Shown here: positions 58,694 through 64,000 of the stretch, piece after piece | How positions within the stretch are numbered: the stretch's first letter is position 1 | Layout of the letters: each line of letters starts with the position of its first letter | Source of the DNA: an uncultured Verrucomicrobiae bacterium | GTDB taxonomy: Bacteria; Verrucomicrobiota; Verrucomicrobiia; Chthoniobacterales; Terrimicrobiaceae | Length of the DNA stretch: 64,000 bases | Assembly (NCBI GenBank): GCA_963706955.1 | Contig: CAVPOC010000008.1 | Coordinates: 608,001-672,000 of the forward strand | Direction: 5' to 3' | Program-made: the position numbers and the translations under genes | The notes under the pieces: model-generated | Databases searched by the model: none | What the model was told of the DNA's origin: nothing | The model's input: only the letters and a program-made list of their open reading frames with translations

Positions 58694-61432
58694 GTGCCAC
58701 ACCTGATGATTACTCCCAACGAACAGGCCCTCGAGTTGGCCGCACGTGCACTTCGCGAAAAAGCCCTCAAACGCGTCGGCGAAAGCATTGAGATCTTTCG
58801 CGGCTTTCGCAAGGTCGAGGAACATCGACTGCGAATGTGGCACCACGCTGGCGGCGGCGGACGGGAAGTTGCCCGCCAACGCTCGGACTTGGTCGACATA
58901 CTCTTTAAGGAACTCTTCGAAGGCGTGGTCCGTTCCGTGGTTCCAAAAGGCCTCTCCGAACCGCTCGTTATCACGGCATTGGGTGGATACGGCCGCCGGG
59001 AGCTCATTCCCTTCAGTGATATCGATATCATGTTCACGACGGCCAACCCGCAGCCGTCGAGGGAATCGGAGGAAGTTATCCGAAAAACTCTGACGACGCT
59101 CTGGGATATTGGCTACAAGGTCGGCCACTCCACCCGCTCAATCTCGGAGACCATCAAGCTCGCCAATGCGGACATGGTCACGAAAACTTCTCTTCTGGAA
59201 TCGCGCTATCTGAGCGGCGACCGGGATCTCTTTAACGAGTTCAAAGTGAAGTTTGAAAAGGAATGCGTCCGCGGACGAGAAGGAGAATACGTTTCCTGGC
59301 GGCTCTCGAATCGGGCGGAGACACGCGAAAAGTACGGGCGCAGCGTTTTCATGCAGGAGCCCAACGTGAAGAATGGCGTCGGAGGCCTGCGCGACTACCA
59401 CAATCTCCTCTGGATAAGCTACTTTAAGGAGAAGATTAACAGCACTGCCAAGTTGCTCGAGCGACGCTTCCTGCGTGATTCCGAACGTCGCGCACTCGAT
59501 AAAAGCTACGATTTTCTGTTGAGGGTGCGCACCGAGATGCACTATCTGAGCGGCCGCCCTGTCGATACGCTGACCCTTCAGCTTCAGGGACGCGTCGCCG
59601 CCGGGTTTAATTTTCCACAGAAGCATATCCTGCTTCGCGTGGAGGCTTTCATGCGCGAGTACTTCAGCCACGCGCGTAACATCCATCTGGTTACGCAAAC
59701 AGCGATCGAGCGCGTATGCGACGTTCCCGAACGGCCCGCGTTCTTCGGGATTCTTCGCCCGAAACTCGAGAAATTTGACGGATTTGTGGCCCGCAATGGA
59801 AAGCTCTACGAGGAATCGAAGGAAACTTTCGCGGAGGACTCCTACCGATTCATCCGAGCTTTTCATCACGCCCAAGTCCGGCAACTTACTTTCAGCGCCG
59901 AGTTGCGGGACAGCATTCGCCGGCGCTTGCGTCTGGTGAACCGGACATTTCAATATGCCCGCGTTGCCAGAGAGACGTTCCTGGCGATCCTCTCGCGCAA
60001 GGGTGAGGTCGGACGCATCCTTCGCGAAATGCACGACCTCGGCTTTCTCGGACGCTATGTTCCGGAGTTCGGCGCACTCACTTGCCTGGTCCAACACGAA
60101 TTTTACCATCGCTACACAGCGGACGAGCACACTCTGGTGTGCATCGAGAAACTCGACGGTGTCCTTTTTGCCGAGGCCGAGAAGTTCCGTGGCTACCGCG
60201 CCTTGTTTCAAAAACTGGAGGATCCCGCCATCCTGTATCTGGCCCTTCTCCTTCATGACACCGGCAAGGCTGGCAACAAGCGGAACCATGAGGATGCGAG
60301 CGCAGTGCTGGCCCAAAAGGTGGCGCGACGTCTGCAGCTCTCTCCGGAGCGACGCCGCATGCTCATCACGCTGGTCAACTCCCACTACGAGCTTTCCTTC
60401 ACCGCGCAGAAGCGGAATCTCGATGATTCCGCCACCATCGCCGAATTCGGCCGCATCATCGGCAATCGCGCGAACCTCGATGCCTTGATGCTTCTTACTT
60501 TGGCCGATGGCCAAGGTACTAGCGATCAAAATTGGTCCGACTGGAAAGAGGGGCTTGTTTGGATCCTCTACCGACGGATGACGGACTATTTCGAGGGCGG
60601 AAAAATCAGTATGGCGCAGCTCCGGCAAAACCTCGAGGACCTCAGGGAGGCGGTCGTGCGGCGTTTGCCAAAGGATTTCGCTGAAGAAATCGAGGCCCAT
60701 TTCGAACACATGCCCGAGCGATACTTTCAAATGTTCGATTCCGAGCAGATCGCTGGCCACATTCGTCTCTTCCGGACATTTCTAGAAACTCATCTTACGC
60801 GGGAAGATCCGCCCCCCTATGCCCCCGTTTTCAAATGGATCGCCCGACCTGAGCTGGGACACAGCGAAGTGTGGGTTTGCGGATGGAACCGTCCCCGGCT
60901 GCTCGAACGCATTGCTGGTGCGTTCCTCTCCGCCCAAGTGAACATTTTGAGTGCGGATGTTTTCACCCGCGGGGACAATCTCGCTCTCGATATATTCCGC
61001 GTGTGCAGCACCCAGCTGGAGCCCGTGACGAGTGCTCGAGACATTACCCGCGTCGAAACGCGGCTTTGCGACTCACTAGCATTCGAGGACTACGACTTTA
61101 CCCCGCTGTTAAGCAAGAACGTGCTCCTGCGCACCTATCGTATGTCCCAGGAGGCGGAAATCCCCACCAAGATCGTCGTCGACAACACCTCGCACCCGAG
61201 TTTCACCCTGGTGGATGTGCAAACCCCCGACCGGCTCGGGCTCCTCTACGATCTGCTACGCGCTCTCGGCGAGACCGAAGTGAATATCGAGCTCTCGCGC
61301 ATCACCACGGAAATGGACGTTGCCATGGACACTTTTTATGTCACCAATGGCAACGGCAAGATCATAGACGAATCCGCCATTAAGCGCATCCAGCGTCTTT
61401 TGCAGCGCGCGTCGGTGCGCCCGTCGGGCTAA
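58694..61432 (+). CDS. glnD: PII uridylyltransferase/uridylyl-removing enzyme
   Basis: LGGYGRREL..SDID, EPNVK..GGLRD, YHRYTADEH, LLHDTGK, ACT domains (DRLGLL). Confidence 0.95.
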   Translation: MPHLMITPNEQALELAARALREKALKRVGESIEIFRGFRKVEEHRLRMWHHAGGGGREVARQRSDLVDILFKELFEGVVRSVVPKGLSEPLVITALGGYGRRELIPFSDIDIMFTTANPQPSRESEEVIRKTLTTLWDIGYKVGHSTRSISETIKLANADMVTKTSLLESRYLSGDRDLFNEFKVKFEKECVRGREGEYVSWRLSNRAETREKYGRSVFMQEPNVKNGVGGLRDYHNLLWISYFKEKINSTAKLLERRFLRDSERRALDKSYDFLLRVRTEMHYLSGRPVDTLTLQLQGRVAAGFNFPQKHILLRVEAFMREYFSHARNIHLVTQTAIERVCDVPERPAFFGILRPKLEKFDGFVARNGKLYEESKETFAEDSYRFIRAFHHAQVRQLTFSAELRDSIRRRLRLVNRTFQYARVARETFLAILSRKGEVGRILREMHDLGFLGRYVPEFGALTCLVQHEFYHRYTADEHTLVCIEKLDGVLFAEAEKFRGYRALFQKLEDPAILYLALLLHDTGKAGNKRNHEDASAVLAQKVARRLQLSPERRRMLITLVNSHYELSFTAQKRNLDDSATIAEFGRIIGNRANLDALMLLTLADGQGTSDQNWSDWKEGLVWILYRRMTDYFEGGKISMAQLRQNLEDLREAVVRRLPKDFAEEIEAHFEHMPERYFQMFDSEQIAGHIRLFRTFLETHLTREDPPPYAPVFKWIARPELGHSEVWVCGWNRPRLLERIAGAFLSAQVNILSADVFTRGDNLALDIFRVCSTQLEPVTSARDITRVETRLCDSLAFEDYDFTPLLSKNVLLRTYRMSQEAEIPTKIVVDNTSHPSFTLVDVQTPDRLGLLYDLLRALGETEVNIELSRITTEMDVAMDTFYVTNGNGKIIDESAIKRIQRLLQRASVRPSG

Positions 61433-61438
61433 GGGGAT

Positions 61439-63952
61439 ATGACCTTTCGGTTCGCACGCCTGTTTTGGCGGCAGGTCGTGCGGCAGGCCTGGCGGCATCC
61501 GTTCCTCACGGGCCTGAACGTTCTCGGCATCGCTCTTGGCATTACGGTCTTTTTAGCTGTTCAAATTGCGAATCGAGGAGCGATCGCCAGCTTTGAGGCG
61601 GCCGTCGAACTCACTACCGGGCGCGCCCATCTGGAAGTGCGGGGCGACCTCGATGACGGGCTGGTCCCCGCCGTAGCGGCATTGCCGGAGGTCAAATTCG
61701 CGACGCCTATCGTTGAGGGAATTGTGACCTTTCCAGACACTCCGGGCGAATATCTGCGCATTCTGGGTGTGGACCCATTTACAGGGCGTGAGATCTTCCC
61801 CTTTCAGTTGGATACGGAGGGCAGCCCAACACTCGACTTTGAAAAGTGGATGCGCGATCCAGAGGCACTCGCTGTCCAACCTGGTTTTGCCAAAACCGGC
61901 CGCTTTGAGGTGCTCGCGGGAACCGCGCTGCGAACACTGTATCCGGCCTTCATCATCAAACCCAATGCTTTTGCGCAGACGGATCCACGCGTCGCAGCCA
62001 TGGACATCGGGTGGGCACAGGAACTTTTCGGATCAGCGGGGCGAATCTCTTCGATCCTCCTTCTTCTTAAGGATCCTGCTCAAGTCGAACTTGTCGCGGA
62101 CGCATTGCGCAAGATTTTGCCTGCTGATAGCCGGGTCACCGTCCCGGCAATGCGCAGCCAGGAGATGAAGTCGATGCTCGGGGCCTTTCAGCTCAATATC
62201 ACAGCCATGAGCCTGGTCTCTGTGGTCGTCGGCATGTTTCTCATCTGCAACAGCGTCGGAGTATCAGTCATCCGCCGACGGGTAGAAATTGCCATCTTGC
62301 GAGCAAACGGCGCCACGCGTGGAGAAGTTCGCCGATTGTTTCTCTGCGAAGCAGCACTCGAGGCGGCGATCGGAGTCGCCTTGGGCATATATTTGGCTCC
62401 GCTGCTGGCCGGCTGGATCGCCCAACCGGTGTCACACAGCATCTCTGCGCTCTATGAATTGGTCCGCGTCGAAAACCCTGCGCTGACCCAACGGCAAATT
62501 CTCGAAGCGGTTGGCATCGGCATGTCAGCGGCGCTCATCGCCGCATGGCTTCCCGCGTCCGAAGCGGCAAATTCTGATCCTGCACGCATCCTGCATCCTG
62601 GCGCGGGCATCGAAGTCTTTTCGCCCTTGCGCAAGCGAGGTCTGGTTGCCGCGGTTCTCCTGATTGGGACCGCCTTTGGACTATGCGTTTATTCGCTAAA
62701 AGGCGGCTCGAAATACCTGGGCTTCGCCGCAGCGGGAGCCATCATCGCCGGCTTTTCCCTCCTGGTCCCCTGGCTTGCTCTCGCGGTGGCGCTGTTTTTC
62801 AGGAATCTCGGCACCATCTTTCGGCTTGCGACCGATCATTTCGCTCGCTCGCTCCACCGGAATACGCTGACCATTGCCGCGCTCGCTGCCGCCATCGCGC
62901 TAACCATCAGCGTGACGGTGATGATCGATTCTTTTCGCGGCAGCGTGCAACGATGGATCGATCAGACCCTGACTGCAGACCTTTATATTGCACCAGCCGT
63001 CAATGAAACCGCCGGGACGCTAGCTCTCATGCCCGCTGAAACCGAAGCGTGGGCAACGGATCAGCCCGATGTGCTGGAAGTTGGCACCTTTCGCGAACTT
63101 CCCATTCGCTTTCGTGACGAGGTAACCTCCCTGGCTGTCATCAACGGAAAAGCGCGGGGCAAAGTGGAGTTCCTTGCCGGGCAGGGCGCCGAAGAGGGTT
63201 TTGAATCCGGCGAATGCGTAGCCGTATCGGAGAGTTTCGCAAACCGATTTACGATTCAGCCTACCGGGAAGCTCTCGCTGCCAACGCCAGCGGGTATCAA
63301 AGAATTCACCGTTTGCGGAATTTACAGGGATTTCGCGCGCGATCGGGGGACGATCCTAATGCCCAGAAGTCTTTTTGAACGCTATTGGCAGGAAAAGCAG
63401 GTGCATTCACTCGCGCTGAAGCTGCGGGCGCCGGAACTCGCAAACACCGTTGTCGAGGCATTTCGCGAGCGATTTGGACGGCAGGGTCAGTTCGCCGTTT
63501 ACGATAATGCTGCGCTCCGCCGGCGGGTGTTCGAAATTTTCGACGAGACCTTTGCGGTCACTTCCATACTCCGCGCGATCGCCATCATTGTGGCTGTCGC
63601 CGGGGTGCTCTTTTCACTCAGTGCACTCGTAATCGAACGTGAACGTGAAATCGGAGTCCTGCGCGCGATTGGGGCTTCCCGGGCGCAAGTGCTGGGGATT
63701 TTCCTCACCGAGGCCGCCTTGATCGGCTTCACCTCGGCGCTCAGCGGATTGGCCTCCGGCGGAGCCTTGGCCATGGTTCTTACCTGGATCATAAACAAGG
63801 CCTTCTTCGGCTGGACCATCGAACTGCACTATCCGGCCGAACAACTCCTCACCACGCCACTCTGGATCGTCGGGGTGGCGTTTCTGGCTGCCCTTTTCCC
63901 TGCGTGGCGCGCGGCACGAATCGCTCCCGCTAGTGCCGTCAGGTTCGAATAG
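61439..63952 (+). CDS. ABC transporter permease with two MacB/FtsX modules
   Basis: RRVEIAILRANGA and REREIGVLRAIGA FtsX motifs. Confidence 0.9.
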   Translation: MTFRFARLFWRQVVRQAWRHPFLTGLNVLGIALGITVFLAVQIANRGAIASFEAAVELTTGRAHLEVRGDLDDGLVPAVAALPEVKFATPIVEGIVTFPDTPGEYLRILGVDPFTGREIFPFQLDTEGSPTLDFEKWMRDPEALAVQPGFAKTGRFEVLAGTALRTLYPAFIIKPNAFAQTDPRVAAMDIGWAQELFGSAGRISSILLLLKDPAQVELVADALRKILPADSRVTVPAMRSQEMKSMLGAFQLNITAMSLVSVVVGMFLICNSVGVSVIRRRVEIAILRANGATRGEVRRLFLCEAALEAAIGVALGIYLAPLLAGWIAQPVSHSISALYELVRVENPALTQRQILEAVGIGMSAALIAAWLPASEAANSDPARILHPGAGIEVFSPLRKRGLVAAVLLIGTAFGLCVYSLKGGSKYLGFAAAGAIIAGFSLLVPWLALAVALFFRNLGTIFRLATDHFARSLHRNTLTIAALAAAIALTISVTVMIDSFRGSVQRWIDQTLTADLYIAPAVNETAGTLALMPAETEAWATDQPDVLEVGTFRELPIRFRDEVTSLAVINGKARGKVEFLAGQGAEEGFESGECVAVSESFANRFTIQPTGKLSLPTPAGIKEFTVCGIYRDFARDRGTILMPRSLFERYWQEKQVHSLALKLRAPELANTVVEAFRERFGRQGQFAVYDNAALRRRVFEIFDETFAVTSILRAIAIIVAVAGVLFSLSALVIEREREIGVLRAIGASRAQVLGIFLTEAALIGFTSALSGLASGGALAMVLTWIINKAFFGWTIELHYPAEQLLTTPLWIVGVAFLAALFPAWRAARIAPASAVRFE

Positions 63953-64000
63953 GAAGAAGCGAGCCTGCTTATGCGGATGCCGTGCACAACGCCGTCCAAA

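Noticed and set aside
59138..60760. 540-aa antisense ORF inside glnD, and similar long shadow ORFs (24850-25920, 39303-40295)
   Set aside because: These are expected antisense shadows of GC-rich coding genes and show no recognisable motifs.

Overview
A gene-dense, GC-rich bacterial chromosome segment. Gene content and protein style suggest Verrucomicrobia (Chthoniobacterales/Terrimicrobium-like), which is an inference. It is mostly housekeeping: alr, actP, ffh-rpsP-khpA, tyrA-aroA-cmk-plsC, rpsT, galK, a pilT pair, coaX, trxB, purB, zwf-opcA, thiD, prmA, ndk, an aminotransferase, rplU-rpmA, hisC-mnmE-pyrD-mqnD, hisG, glnD and two tRNAs. I found no CRISPR array, prophage or transposase. The best candidate for something new is a 1246-aa membrane receptor-like protein with a PAS-like region, a degenerate class III cyclase, a Ser/Thr kinase, a TM helix, TPR and LRR. 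Other items of note: a NusG paralogue coupled to an orphan DNA methyltransferase, divergent from a PlcP-like phosphoesterase across an 11-bp tandem repeat; a GTAG-type REP family; heptamer tandem repeats; a 34-aa bS22-like ribosomal protein gene absent from the ORF track; a CTG-initiated tyrA; a truncated nucleotidyltransferase module overlapping prmA; and four single-base frameshifts plus a tRNA indel that probably reflect sequencing errors.
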